A stretch of DNA of 64,000 nt from Octopus sinensis (GCF_006345805.1 NC_043011.1:45272464-45336463); one strand, 5' to 3'. Counted from the first letter of the stretch, positions 12,636 to 26,460 are shown. Numbers and translations: made by a program. The notes: generated by a model from the letters alone, not told the origin.

Positions 12636-12741
12636 ACCAAGATGAAACGTACCAAAAGTGACGGTAACTTGTTGGTGAAGAGTACGGCCTCTCAGGAATT
12701 AAACGAACTGACCGCTGTGTTTCGGAAAATACGTATGAAAA
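12636..12741 (+). CDS. SHTN1: Shootin-1-like gene, exon D (TKMKRTKSDGNLLVKSTASQELNELTAVFRKIRMK)
   Basis: Long pyrimidine tract and cacag acceptor, open in phase 0. Donor A|gtgagc at 12742, with a same-phase alternative C|gtatga at 12733. NELTAVFRKIR is collinear with shootin-1 TELERILRRRK. Confidence 0.8.
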
Positions 12742-13797
12742 GTGAGCAGTAAAAACCTTACTATGGTTCCATGGTGATGGCTGCATCAATGCATGATGGT
12801 TTGGGGATGAGCAGGGAGGGAGGGGCTAGCTTTGGGGATGAGGTGGTGACGGTGACTGGTATGTGTGTGTGTGTGTGTGTGTGCACGTGTGCAATAGGGT
12901 TTGATGGTAATTGTGGCAGTGGTGGTGAGGGTGACTGTGATAGTGGCTGGTATGTGTGTGTATGTGTATTGTGTAAGATACAAGATGGTTTGGTGGTGGT
13001 GGTGGTGGTAATTGTGGTGATTGAGGTGTGTGTGAGAGAGGGAGAGATGGTTTGGCGATGGCTTGGTTATGATGGTTATGGTGATTGTTGTGTGTGTGGT
13101 GGTGTGTGAGGTGGTTTGGTAATGGCTGTGGCAGTGGTTGTGATGGCGATGGCTTGGTGAGGGTGATGATGATGGTAGCTGGTGTGTATGTGTATATAAG
13201 GTATAGCATGGTTCAATGGTATGGTGGTTGTAGTGATGGTTGTGGTGATTGGTGTGTGTGTGTGAGAGAGAGAGAGAAAGAAAGAGAAAGAGAGAGAGAA
13301 AGAAAGAGAAAGAGAGAGAGAGAGATGGTTTGGTGGTGATTGGAGTGTGTATGAGGAGCTGATGGTGATGGTGTGAGTGTGTGTGTGTCACGTGGTTTGG
13401 TAGTAGTGGTGGCAGTTTGATGGTGTAAGTGATGATGTTGATGGCTTGGTGATGGTTTGGTCATTGCATGATGGCTTGCTGGGATTACTCTGCATGTGTG
13501 TGTATGTATGCATGTATGTGTGTGTGTGTGTGTGTGTGTGTGGATGCAAGCATGTATAAGTAGTTAAGATATTTTCTTCACAACCATAAGATGTTGAGTT
13601 TCGTTCCACTGCCTGATATCTTGGACAAGTCCAAAAAGACAGAAACATGTTCATAGTTGTCTCCCTTGACTGTTAACAAAATCATCCTTTCCCTTTCAAT
13701 TCATTTTCAGAGATTAGTTCCTTGTAATTATCTCCATTTTCTTTTGGGAGTCACTAAAAGTTACCAAGGTACCCCATGTTTATGTGTGTGCTAATGA

Positions 13798-14405
13798 GGT
13801 ATCATATTTGTGAGTGAGGGACCATATCTATGTAAGGTACCATATCCATGTAAAGTACCATCTCTATATGAAAGATATTGTGTGCATGTGTGAAATACCA
13901 TGTCCCTGTTTAAGGTACTATATTTCTAGGTTTATCAAGTATTATGTCTCTATGCAAGGTGCCATAGCTGTGTCAGGTACCACCTCTATGAAAGGCATCC
14001 TATGTCTATGTAAGGTACCCTTTTTATATAGAAAGTACTATGTCCATTTAAGGTATCATATATGTATAGATGTGGATGGTACTGTGACTATGTGAGGTAC
14101 CATGTCTATGTAACATACCAGTCTGAAGTTCCATATATTTATGTAAAGTACTATGTTTATGTGAAGTACCATATCTATGTAAGGTGAAGTCTCTATGGAG
14201 AGGTACCCTATATCCTTGTAAGGCACTCTGTCTATATAGGAAGTACTGCGTTTATGTTAGGTACCATATATATGTAGATATGAGTGGTATTGTGATTGCG
14301 TGATGTCACATCTATGTGAGGTACCAAACCAGTTTGGAGTTCCATGTTTGTATGTAAGGTACCACATCTCTATATCAGACATTGCACCAATCTTAGGTAC
14401 CATGT
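13798..14405. repeat. Degenerate minisatellite, unit about 17-18 bp (aggtaccatatctatgt)
   Basis: Many decayed head-to-tail copies of aggtaccatrtctatgt. Confidence 0.75.
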
Positions 14406-15534
14406 CTCTGAATACCACACTAAATTTAGGTGCCTTAGGACTCCCAGCATATAAATACAAAGAACTGAAGTCTAAGGGAAAGAAACTGAATTGTATAGAT
14501 CACATGACCAAATAATGCAAGGGAGGTAACTCCTGCACACAACTACGTTGTTGGTCAACATAGGGGAAGAATACAGGTTTGGTATTATGTTAACACTGAC
14601 AGGAACAGCAAACTGGTAGGTAATGATAATAATAACAACAATAAAATTAAGCCTATTTCATACAGTGCTCAGGTGCTCTGCAACTTGTTGGAAAGGGTTA
14701 AAAGACAGAGGCAACAGAAAGCAGCCATACAAGGGAAGTAAAGAAAGGCAGCAATGAAAGCTAGAAGTACATGCACAGTACACAAAATAAAACACAAGAA
14801 GAGAGACAAGTGAACACTAAGAGAGTCGTAAAGAGGAATGGGTGCATGGCTACATCGGGTGAATTGTTCGTGAAGTTCAGGAAGCAAGGAATTTTTTGAA
14901 GGATACAGTATGCTGACTGCTAATTATGGACGTCCATAGGTAGCTTATTCCATGCTTTGACAATTCTGGGAGTAAAAACAGGTTTCTGAAAATCATGAGT
15001 CCTGCACTTTTTTTTTTTTATTTTGTTTTATATGTATGTCAACAGATTGTAGCAGTGTTGACCAGAAAACTGTAGTAGAAATTTTAGTAGAACATTAACA
15101 CTGGTAAAATAGTAAACAGACTGTAGGAAGACTATGTAGTAGAGACCACTAGTCACTCTTCAAAGGCACAAAATCCATATATATATATATATATAGGAGC
15201 ACTCTGTCGGTTATGATGATGAGGGTCCAGCTGATATGATCAACGGAACAGCCTGCTCGTGAAATTAACTTGCAAGTGGTTGAGCGCTCCGCAGACACAT
15301 TTACCCTTAATGCAGTTCTCAGTGTGACAAGGCTGCCCTTTGAAACACAGGTACTACTCGTTTTTCCAGCTGAGTGGACTGGAGCAACATGAAAATAAAG
15401 TGTCTTGCTCAAGGACACAACACATTGCCGAGAACTGAACTCACAACCTTACGATTGTGAGCCAAATATCCCAACCATTAAGTCACGTGCCTTCACATAC
15501 ACACACACACACACACAGATACACAATATTGATA

Positions 15535-15913
15535 TATTTACATTATTTACATTTGACAGATATTTGTCCTCATCTTGTTTGTTGTTAACACGTTTCGGCT
15601 GATATACCCTCCAGCCTTCTTCAGGTGTCTTGGGAGAAATTTCGGGCTTATGGCGTAGTGGTTAAGAGCATGGGCTACTAACCCCAAGATTCCAAGTTCG
15701 ATTCCAAGCAGTGACCTGAACAATAATAATAGAACTAATAACATCGAAAAATACCTTAAGAATGAGAACCCAGGTTTGTATTTTCCCCAACACACCTGAA
15801 GAAGGCTAGAGGGTATATCAGCCGAAATGTGTTAACAACAAACAAGATGAGGACAAATATCCATCGAATGTAAATAATGTACATAATTCCTCATCTCTTA
15901 AATATAGAACTGT
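15535..15913 (+). mobile_element. tRNA-headed, hammerhead-containing short element with inverted 5' duplication
   Basis: 10-bp duplication aatattgata (15525-15534 and 15914-15923). tRNA-like head at about 15645-15718. CTGAAGA a GGCT...AGCC GAAA at about 15796-15827. Inverted copy of the 3' part at 15535-15640. Confidence 0.8.
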
Positions 15914-17265
15914 AATATTGATACATGTTCATTATGTAAGTATATGTTTTCTCATTTTTGATCTGTAATCATCTCAGAACTAAATTTTAACCATGAATAT
16001 CTGTCAGCAACACCATTGCTTGGTAAATAAAAGATGTGCATCTGAATTCATACCAAAAGCATTGGCTGATGTTATGTTACCCATAATGTGATGTTTACTG
16101 CTGTTTTATACTATGACCTTCCTTTAGCTTACAGTTGTTTCTACGATACAATGTTGTACACTCAGAGCTGAGTGCTTTTTGCATCATCTGATAGCTTCCT
16201 TGGAGAAGCTCTAAGAAAGCTATAAGGTGATGCACAAGCATCTTGATGCAGAAACAGTTGTAAGCTAATGAAGTCCAATGCATAATTTCCTGTTCTTTTG
16301 TCATTTCAGTTCATTTTACACTCTGTACTCAACAACAAACCCTTTATTCTGAAGCATTTGTATATTGAGTTATTAGTATTGCCTAAGTGAAACATATATA
16401 TATGTAGATATATATATTATATATATATATTATAGTTAAAATTGAGTGTTCAGCTACTTTAAATTTCAGGACACCAAAAAAAGCAACCCTTTGATGGTAT
16501 CTCAGTAAAAGGAAGCACAAAAACTATTTAAAACAGTACAATTAAATAACCAACATTCCATAGGACTTCACACTTGAGTCTGCTGGTTGGACAATATTGA
16601 AAATGTATCAAATGTGAACCATATTTTATATAAAATAAAATAACAGGCATGAATTGATGCTGCTGTTTAAATAAAATGGAAGCAAGCAGTCAGTGTCAAA
16701 TAATACAGTAGTGGAGAAATTCTACAATACAAACCAGTTAATGTAGCATTCTGGGAGAGCATATTGTAAATATTTGGTATGCTTTAAAATCCTTGAGTGG
16801 TGTCATTGTTCGTGATAGGGGTCACAGTCAGGTTCTGTTCCCCTGTTATAATTGAGTAAATAAAGTTTTACTTCATGGTGTCATTTTCAAAAAATTTCAA
16901 GTGTTAACTTTAAGTAGAGGTTTAGAATGTGCTATTCTTGTCATAAAATGTTGTGGATATGAATGCACTAATTGTTTACTGAGATATCTGAAGATTGCTT
17001 GTGTGGCATAAAATTTATAGTGATGGAATAATAGATAAATTTAGCTAATGTATTAATGGAAAATATATATATTCTATGTTAATAACTGAGTACGTTTTTA
17101 TTATATAATACTACTTGTAAATGCAATATAAAATTATGTATACATATGTAAAGTAATATAATGTCTCATACATACAAACCAATGCTCAGCTCAAGATCAA
17201 AGTGAAGATAAGTTGCAGAACACTCATCTGTTGTTTATTGTAGTAGTATACTGACAGGATTTATA

Positions 17266-17453
17266 TGCTAACATTCTGGAACCCAAGGTTTCATGCTGAT
17301 GAAAATCAGCAATTTTTCATCCAGAATTCAAGTCACAAGTGACACTTATTATAGGTGATGAGACTGATAGAGTATCATTTCTGAACTGAATTCTAGTTGA
17401 AAAAAATTGCTAATATCAGTCAGCATGAAACCATGGGTTCCAGAATATTGGCA
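17266..17453. repeat. Decayed inverted repeat (MITE or fold-back)
   Basis: tgctaacattctggaacccaaggtttcatgctga at the left mirrors tcagcatgaaaccatgggttccagaatattggca at the right. Confidence 0.7.
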
Positions 17454-17583
17454 CAAAACTTAAAACCCTATTGCAAATATTTTGTTTATCTGCCTTCTCA
17501 GTCTTGAGTGCTCCTTCCAAATCACTGCTTATGTATATATATATGTATATATAGTAAAAGACCTATATGTATGTCTTTTTCAG

Positions 17584-17640
17584 GTACAAACTCATTAGAG
17601 AAGAATGAAGAGACATCAGAACAGAATTCAGTCTCAAACG
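17584..17640 (+). CDS. SHTN1: Shootin-1-like gene, exon E (STNSLEKNEETSEQNSVSN)
   Basis: tctttttcag acceptor and ACG|gtgagc donor, 57 nt, phase 1-1, open and compatible with exon D. No recognisable homology. Confidence 0.65.
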
Positions 17641-18070
17641 GTGAGCAATGTTTCTCTGGTAGAAATACGAAGGGAGGAGGGGAGTGGATGGTGCTGGAGG
17701 TGGAAAAAATGTAGGGGTTCTTTAATAATGAGATAGGGAATCTTTCTTGGTTGCTCACACCCATTTTTCTATAATGTGGGTAGATCCTCTGCAACAAAAA
17801 AAAAAAACCCTGTTCTGTTCTGGCCCCTGCTTTCATGTCTCAACTCCTAGCATAAAACCACCTGTCCTTCTATTGTAATCCCACTCAATCAAAGATCTTA
17901 GTGCTGTGAACTGCATGGTCACCGCTCAAGTGCTAGAATCATGAAAGGAGTAGCCTGTATATTCTATAATGTGATTGCTTTAAGGAAAGGCATCAAGTTA
18001 TAAAAACCATGTTAAAGCAGGGATGTGTATTTACACACACAGACACATATGCAAACACACACATGTATGT

Positions 18071-18154
<84 letters not shown>

Positions 18155-18418
18155 GATGGGCTTTTTTCAGTTTCCATTTGACAAATCCTGTCACAAGGCT
18201 TTGGTCAGTCTGAAACTATAGAAGACAGTTGGCCAAGGTGCCACAGAGTGGGGTCAGAACTGGTGCTAGCAAGGCTGTGTGGTAAGAAGTTTGTTTCCCA
18301 TCCACGTGGCACTGGGCTCTGTCCCACTGCGTGGCACCTTGTGCAAGTGTCTTCTATTATAACCCCAGGCCGAACAAAGCTTTGTGAGGGGATTTGGTAA
18401 ACGGAAACTGAAAGTCGG

Positions 18419-18563
18419 AAACTCAGACGTCTGGCAGCTGACTTGGCAGGCACCCATAAAATTATTAACCATCTTACTAACAATAACTCTGAGCACCTTT
18501 TCAAACTCCACCTGTCTAACACCCGTGGACATGTTTACAAAGTCAGAAAACAGCACAGCTCCA
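18419..18563 (+). mobile_element. CR1/L2-type LINE ORF2 C-terminal fragment
   Basis: KLRRLAADLAGTHKIINH...HLFKLHLSNTRGHVYKV matches the RR..DL...KI....F....TRGH..K motif. Joined directly to a truncated SINE. Confidence 0.7.
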
Positions 18564-18663
18564 TATATATGCATTATATATATATATACATTATATATAT
18601 ATATATATATACATACACACATACATTATATATATATATATATATATACATATATATACACAT

Positions 18664-18703
<40 letters not shown>

Positions 18704-19068
18704 CATACATACATATACATTATATATACACACACACACACATATATATATATACCATATTTTAACATGTATAAGAAACCCCCTAATTTTTGGGGCCTAT
18801 AATTTGGAAAAAGGTTTTGTACAGAATTATAATACTATCCATGTAAAAGAAACTCTCATATTTTTAAATCTAATTTTTGACCAAAAAGGCTTCCTCACAC
18901 ATGTTAAAATATGGTGTGTGTATATATATATATATATATACATACACACACACACATTCTAGGACAGGGGCCATACATTACATTCTCTAGTTATGAAAAA
19001 TAAATTCAATACTGAATACATTGAGATTTAATTTAGTTTAACTAATGAATTATGTTGTTTTTTTTCAG

Positions 19069-19073
19069 ATTGA
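19069..19073 (+). CDS. SHTN1: Probable terminal exon of the shootin-1-like gene: last codon and TGA stop, then 3' UTR with AATAAA at 19191
   Basis: actaat branch-like site and tgttttttttcag acceptor. A phase-1 join to exon E gives G|AT TGA (D, stop). Unique sequence and AATAAA follow. Confidence 0.45.
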
Positions 19074-19930
19074 AAACTTAATGATAAAACTGAAAAAATC
19101 TTCATAAACAGCATATCACTGGGGATGATGATGATGAGGATGACATGGGCAGTGATGGCGTTGGCGATGGAGTGGGTAGTCTGGGAATCAAATAAAAATG
19201 TTTTGTTTTTTTTTCCCGTTTCTCATTGAAACTGATTAACATTATTGAAATTTATATTTAATTACTATGTTAATATATGTGTACACTTGATATATGTGTG
19301 TATGAGTGTGTGCGCATGTGTGTGTGTGTGTATATATATATATGTATGCATGCATAACATACTCAGTATACAGTAGCTGTGAATATATCTCATCTGCTGT
19401 GTGTGTGTGGTGTGTGTGCATGCTTTATATTAGATTTCAATGGAACTTTGGTATTTCTCATTTGAAACGGTCCACCTGATTTAGGGTCAATTTTACCATC
19501 CCCACATAAATGAAATGCTACCAAACCCTTCATATACACCCACATGTATATCAGTACCTACCCACATCTATACATATACACCTTATTATTCATACTCACA
19601 TATATATTCAAACTTTATCACACATGGTCCCACAATGTCACATGTACCAACAAACATCCTTGAATACCCTTATATTTTTACCCATACTCACATATTATCA
19701 CACCTACTGATACTTTATCCCACATCCACACAATATCACATATACCCATGCTTTATCACACCCCACACCCTTACAACATCTCCCCTTATCCCTACACCTT
19801 ACCATGCATACAAGTCTCAACATTTTCACCAAAATTCATTCAGTCCAATATTTATTCGTTTTATATACCTTTACCTTGTCTTTAACACAGTTTGTATATA
19901 ATTATTGTTATTATTATTATTATTATTGTC

Positions 19931-21255
19931 AAGGTGGTAAGGTGGCAGAATTGTTAGCATGCCGAGCAAAATGCTTCACAGCATTTTATGTCTTTATGTT
20001 TTGATTTCAAATTCCGCCGAGGTCAACTTTGCCTTTCACCCTTTCGAGGTCAATAAAATATGTAGCAGTCAAGTACTGGGTTCGATGTAATCAACTATTA
20101 TCCTCCTCCCTCAAATTTCAGGTCTTGTGCCTATTGTAGAAAGAATTATTATTATTATTATTAAGGCGGCGAGCTGGCAGAATCGTTTACATACCAGGCA
20201 AAACGCTTAGCAGCATTTCGTCTGTCTTCGCATTCTGAGTTCAAATTCTGCTGAAGTTGACTTTGCTTTTCATCCTTTCGGGGTTGATAAATTAAGTACC
20301 AGTGAAGCACTGGGATCGATGTAATTGACTAGCCCCTCTGTAAAAACTTCAGGCTTTGTGCCTATAGTAGAAAGGATTAAGATTCATTATTCTTTTCTAC
20401 AATAGGTACAAGGACCGAAATTTTGAAGGAGAGGGCCAGTCGATTAGATCGACTCCAGTACACAACTGGTACTTAATTCATTGAACCCAAAAGAATGAAA
20501 GGCAAAGTCGACCGCAGAGTATTTTGAACTCAATGTAAAGACAGACAAAATACCTATTTTTTTACTACCCACAAGGGGCTAAATACAGAGAGGACAAACA
20601 AGGAGAGACAAACGGATTAAGTCGATTATATTGACCCCAGTGCGTAACTGGTACTTATTTAATCGACCCTGAAAGGATGAAAGGCAAAGTCGACCTCAGC
20701 GGAATTTGAACTCAGAACATAGCAGCAGACGAAATACCGCTAAGCATTTCGCCCGGCGTGCTAACGATTCTGCCAGCTCGCCGCCTTTATTAAGATTCAT
20801 TATTAAATCAGCAAAGGGTGGTAAGCTGATAGAAATGTTAGCACACTGGATGAAATGCTTAGTGGTATTTCGTCTGCCGTTACATTCTGAGTTCAAATTT
20901 CACCCAAGGTCAACTTTGCCTTTCATTCTTTTGGAGTCAATAAATTAAGTACCAGTAAAATACTGGGGAATGATGAAATTGACTATTCCCCCTCCTCCAA
21001 CTTTCAGATATTGTGCCTATAGTAGTAAAGAAAGTATTATTTAGTCAGCAAGCTGGCAGAATCTTTAATACTGGACAAAATGCTTAGTGGCATTTCCTCT
21101 TTCTTTGTGATCTGAATTCAAATTCTATTGCGGTCAGCTTTGCCTTTCATCCTTTCAGGGTGCATAAAATAAATACCAGTTGAGCCCAGAGGTTGATGTG
21201 ATCAACTAAGTCCATACGCTGAAATTGCTGGCCTTGTGCCAAAATTTGAAACCAT
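19931..21255. mobile_element. Cluster of about six family C SINEs (Meta-domain-like core) in both orientations
   Basis: Repeated aaggcggcgagctggcagaatcgttagca...gagttcaaattc...gtcgactttgcctttcatcctttcggggtcgataaattaagtaccag. Other copies at 29710-29944, 36565-37215, 48568-48800, 55321-55553 and 63005-63237. Confidence 0.85.
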
Positions 21256-23136
21256 TATTATGATATGCTAGTCAGATGGTAGAATTGGTAGAGTGCTAGA
21301 CATAATGCCTTGCAGTATTTTGTTGTTGTCCTTTTATGATCAGAATTCAAATCCTGCCCAAACCAACTTTGTCGTTCTTTCAATAAAGTACATGAAATAA
21401 AATACAGTTCAAGTACAATCACTTCAAAAATTGTGGGACCTAGTGCTTCTCTTAAAATTTGTTAACTTTGTTGTTGCTAAATGGTGTGGTGGTTGGAGGG
21501 GTGTAGGTTCTAGAAGGTGTTGGGTTAAGTATTTATGACTCTGGCCATGCTGGAACACCACCTTGAAGGGTTTTTAGTCAAACAAATCAACCTGAAGATT
21601 TTATTTTTTAAGCCTAGTACTTATTCTATCAGTCTCTTTTTGCCAAACTGCTAAGCTACAGGGACATAAACACACCAACGCCAGTTGTCAAGTAGTGTTG
21701 GGGAACAAGCACAGACACAAAGACACACACACACATAGACGCATATATATATATATGACAGGTTTCTTTCAGTTTCCTTCTACCAATTCCACTCACAAGG
21801 CTTTGGTCAGCCTGAGACTATAGAAGACACTTGCCTAAAGTGCCACACAGTGGAACTGAACTGAACCCAGAACCATGTGGTTGGGAAGCAAGCTTCTTAC
21901 CACACAGCCATGCTTGCACCCATTTGATGGTTTCACTTTTACTCACCTACCTTCCCATCTTCAATGTTCTGAGTTCAAATCTTGGTAGGATCCAAATCCT
22001 CCTTTTGATAGATGTCTCTGAAGTCAGTGGAATAAATATCAGCGCCATACGAGAAGACACACGAATCAAACAGCTACATCTCCTCTTATTCTATAAATAT
22101 ATTTTATCAACTCCAGAGGGATGGAACACAAAGTCGACCTTGATGAGATTTGAAACCCAGAATGTGGAGCCATAACTAAATACTACAATACATTTTTCTT
22201 GATGCTCTACTAATTCTGCCATCTTTGACATGTACGACAACTGCAGCAGCAACAACAGCACACACATACATATACATTTGCATGCATACTTACATACATA
22301 CATGCATACACACACATGTATATATATACACACATACACACACACATATATATTTACAGACATATATACATACAGCCACACACACATATATACACATACA
22401 TACCCACATACACACACACACCTACTTGGAACTATGTCCACTGCACAGCAACTTTCAATTTCTTTCCCTCCATCAACCATTTACAGTATATCTTGATATT
22501 AGAAAATGTTGAAGTGTTTCTAGAATTCGACTGCCATATCCTGGTCTATTGTATGAGTTCCAAACACATTCTAGGCACGTTGTTGTAACAGGGTCAAGAC
22601 ATACATTTAATCAAGCAGCATACAGCGTCTCAGTACACCTCATTGTCAGTCAGTAGTAAACATGTGAGGGGAATGTTAGCTGTGATGGACTGTTATCCTA
22701 GCCAGGTGGGAACAGGAAAGAATTATTTCTCATCCACTTTGGGATTACTTTATAAAGAAACCAAACCATAACTGGACACTTCTGGGCCATTGTAGTTGAT
22801 CTGGCTGTTGGGAATAAGTGAGAGATTTGTTTGGTAATCCTGTGTGTGTGTGTGTGTGTGGTGGGGAGCTTATCTCTCTTTCCTTTTGGTGTTATATAAA
22901 AAAATAAAATGGCATTGAACATCACTAGTCTCTGTTAATTGTACATGGCTATTAGAGAAATCCATAGTGAATAGTTATGACAAGACTTAGTGGTACTTTA
23001 CAATTATATCTATTGCTATAGTTGTATAGGGCTTCATGAAAAACAGACAACATCAAATTACAAGAACATTATATTTACAGGAATCAAATTCTCAGTGGTT
23101 AAACTGATTGGCACATGGCTTCAAAAATATATTGTA

Positions 23137-23528
23137 CTAGCAGTATCACCCCGCGTTGCTCAGGCTTGTTACGACCCTTTAGAATTGGAATTTTTGAAAA
23201 GTAAAAACTGTGCATTATGTAGCATGTTATTCTCTTTAAGTGAACATTTTTCTGGTTGAAATACACAGAAAAATGGCGACACAGCAGTAAAAAAATCGTA
23301 AAAAATAGGGATTTTCATAGGAAAAAAGCACCTTTTTGATGTAAGTAATTTTTGGTGTTAACATGGTCCGATTTGAATTTTATCTTCTACGGAATGAAGA
23401 GCAAGCCTTCTTCTATCATACTCTCAATTTTCGTCAACTTGTGCCGCAGGGTCTCGGAGGAGATAGTGTTAGTTGAAGGCTACCAAACCTGCCATACACT
23501 GACAACATCAGCTTTATATATAGAGAGA
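23137..23528 (-). mobile_element. Non-autonomous Helitron
   Basis: On the minus strand it starts A|TC and ends in a subterminal hairpin plus gatactgCTAG|T. The 3' end is shared with 33054-33451. Confidence 0.75.
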
Positions 23529-26372
23529 TTTACTCAACTAACTTTGTCATTTGTAAAGCTGGTCTTTAGCACATAAAATATGAAATTTTCATGGAAGGTT
23601 TTAATTTAGAAAACTTTAAAAACTGTGTGTTTGTATCATAGAACTAAAGGTAGTTGTAGGTGGGCTGGGATCAAAAAGGTCAAGTACGATAGAAATTGCC
23701 AGGTTTTCAAGAGACCTTGAATTTTTTTTTTTTAATTGAAGACCATGATAGTGGTCTTCGTTGTCTTTCACACATCAACACACACAACTCTCCTTCAGAA
23801 TTCAGTGTCCATCATTTTAAAGAATGTGTAAAGGGAAGTAACTCCTCTGTCACGACGAGCTAATTGCATTGTTTGGTACTGTTGTGTCAGGTGTTAAGAA
23901 TTCCGCCAGAATCTCACCGGGGAAACCCTTTCCACTTAAAAAGAGAGAGCCTGTACGTGGCCGCACACGACCTGCTAGAAATACCAGTCAATTATCCCTC
24001 AGATTAGAGCATGCTCTCTTAAAGAATAGGTCAGATAAAGTAGCTCTAGATATACTTATGAGAAGAATGGGATACACAGTGAAGGCAGGCCTGGAGCTAA
24101 ACCACAACTCTTAATATACGTACACACACACACATGGGTGTATGCACGCACACATGACCCAACATCACAAATTCAGTTACATGTAATTTTTAATTAGTTT
24201 TCATATGTTTATAAGAATATATTAATGTGTATGTATAAATATTGACGTGTGTGTATAAACTTTTATATATGTATTATGTGTGTGTGAATATATACATTAT
24301 TGATATATGTGAGTGTTTGATAAACTAGACATTTAAAAGGATTTAATGTGGGTTTGAATGTGTGTGTGAGGAGAACTGGGACAGAGAGTGTGGAGTGAGA
24401 TGAGGTGATGCACTTTGATCCACATAACTCCATCCAGTGTAGTTTTGGTTTAAATTCTGTCATGTTAAAAATCAATAAAAAAAAAAGCTTCAGCCAATGA
24501 ACAATGGACTATCTGCCTACTCAATGGATCATTTATCACAGCAATTGTTGTTAAGAACCAGCCCCTTTATAACCCTAATCCTCTATCCCTGCTCTTATAT
24601 TAAACTCTAACATGAACCCTCAACTATCTCCCCAACCCTATCACTTCTCCCATTCCACTGCAAGTCCAAGAGTAACTGTATTATGTTGGGATCTACAAGT
24701 TAACCCAAATATTTTAAAAGATTCGAGAAAACAAAAAAAAAAGGGATCAGAAGCCAAAGATAATGTCAAACTATTTTGGGAATTGTAAAGTACCCCAAAT
24801 TGAATAGGTACCTCAAACCCCTTGTCTATTTCGCTCTCTCTCAAATATATCTATATTACATACAATTTATATATTAAATATCTGGTCATTCACTCTGTTA
24901 CAACTGTTTCCTGCCATAAATATAAATTATATTATATGTATTGAGTACTTTTTATTTGTTACCAAAAATATTATACACATACACACACATGCAAGATTCA
25001 TGTGGAAGGACACTGCAGAAAAGGGAGACTTGAGAAGGCACGAGCAGAAATGGTATTGAGAATTAATTTCAGGAGGCTGATCTTCATGAGGGAGAGAACA
25101 AAGGAAGTCAACAAGTGGCAAGATGCGGGGCTGGAGAGGGGACCAACCAACCTATACAAGCATGGGAAAAAAATGATGTAATGATGATGATGATGGTCCA
25201 AAACTGTTCTTTATACTATGGAAGAAGTGACCATAACATTTTTATCAATGGGACAAACAATATCAGTTTATTTTTAGAGTTTATCCATGATACACAGAAG
25301 GAAAGTATGTCTTCATATGTAGGTGTGTGTGTGCATATGTCTCTCTCTCTTTCTCATATATATATCTATCTTTTACTTGTTTCAATCATTAGACTGTGGC
25401 CTTGCTGGGGCACCACCTCAAAGAACGTCTAGTTGAATGAATCAACCCCAGTACTTTTTTTTCAACCCTGAAACTTATTTTATTGAATTTGTTGGTCAAA
25501 CTGCTAGGTTACAGGGACATAAACATACCAACACTGGTTGTCAAGTGTCGGTGGTGAGAACAAACACACATACATAGATATATACATACATACATATATA
25601 TATATATATACATACATACATACACATAACAGGCTTCTTTCAGTTTCCATCTAGCAATTCCACTCACAAGGCTTTGGTCAGCCTGAGGCTATAGTAGAAG
25701 ACACTTGCCCAAAGTGCCAATCAATAGGACTGAACCTAGAACCATGTGGTTGGGAAGCAAGCTTCTTACCACATAGCCGCATATATTTCCAACATGGGAT
25801 CACAAATAGTTTGTATAATAACTTTGACAAAAATAGAATAAGTCTAGGTTTGTCTAAACAAAATTATTGTGTGTGTGTGTGTGTGTGGACACAGACAAAT
25901 AGAATTGCTTAGAAATGAAATCTTTCACAGATCTCATCTACAGAGAAAAGCAATTTGTTGGCAGGTGTTTGTATATTTATGGAATATAGTATTTATATCA
26001 CAATGTATAATATTTTTATTCTATCCTATTATATCTATCTTTGACCAGATAAAAGCTCACACACATGTGCACACATACATGCTCTGTTTAGCTGAGACAC
26101 CTAAATAGCCAGTACCTAAACAGCCACCTTGCTCTACCACTATTATCAACACATTATCACATTATTTTCCAAAGTTTGACAATTACTATCTTCTACCATC
26201 AATCACACATACACATCATCATCATCATTTTTACATGGGTGGACATGGTTGGATTGTCACAGTCTAAGTCATCTCTTACTGGAAGCTGCTACTCCTAAAC
26301 ACTTGGTGTTTGTTGTATTATTTGGTTTGGTTCCTACAGCTGGATGCCAACCACTATATATATATATATAAA

Positions 26373-26407
<35 letters not shown>

Positions 26408-26460
26408 ATCTGTGTGTATATATATATATGTGTGTGTGTGTATGTATATATATATATATA

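Noticed and set aside
15645-15718. Functional tRNA gene (similar heads at 910-977, 29189-29262, 48915-48985 and 58170-58245)
   Set aside because: A/B boxes are present but acceptor stems do not pair and they run into repeat bodies, so these are SINE heads or tRNA-derived relics.
19112-19195. Acidic coding tail HITGDDDDEDDMGSDGVGDGVGSLGIK*
   Set aside because: Needs a weak aaacag acceptor in phase 0, incompatible with exon E (phase 1). Treated as 3' UTR unless junction reads show otherwise.
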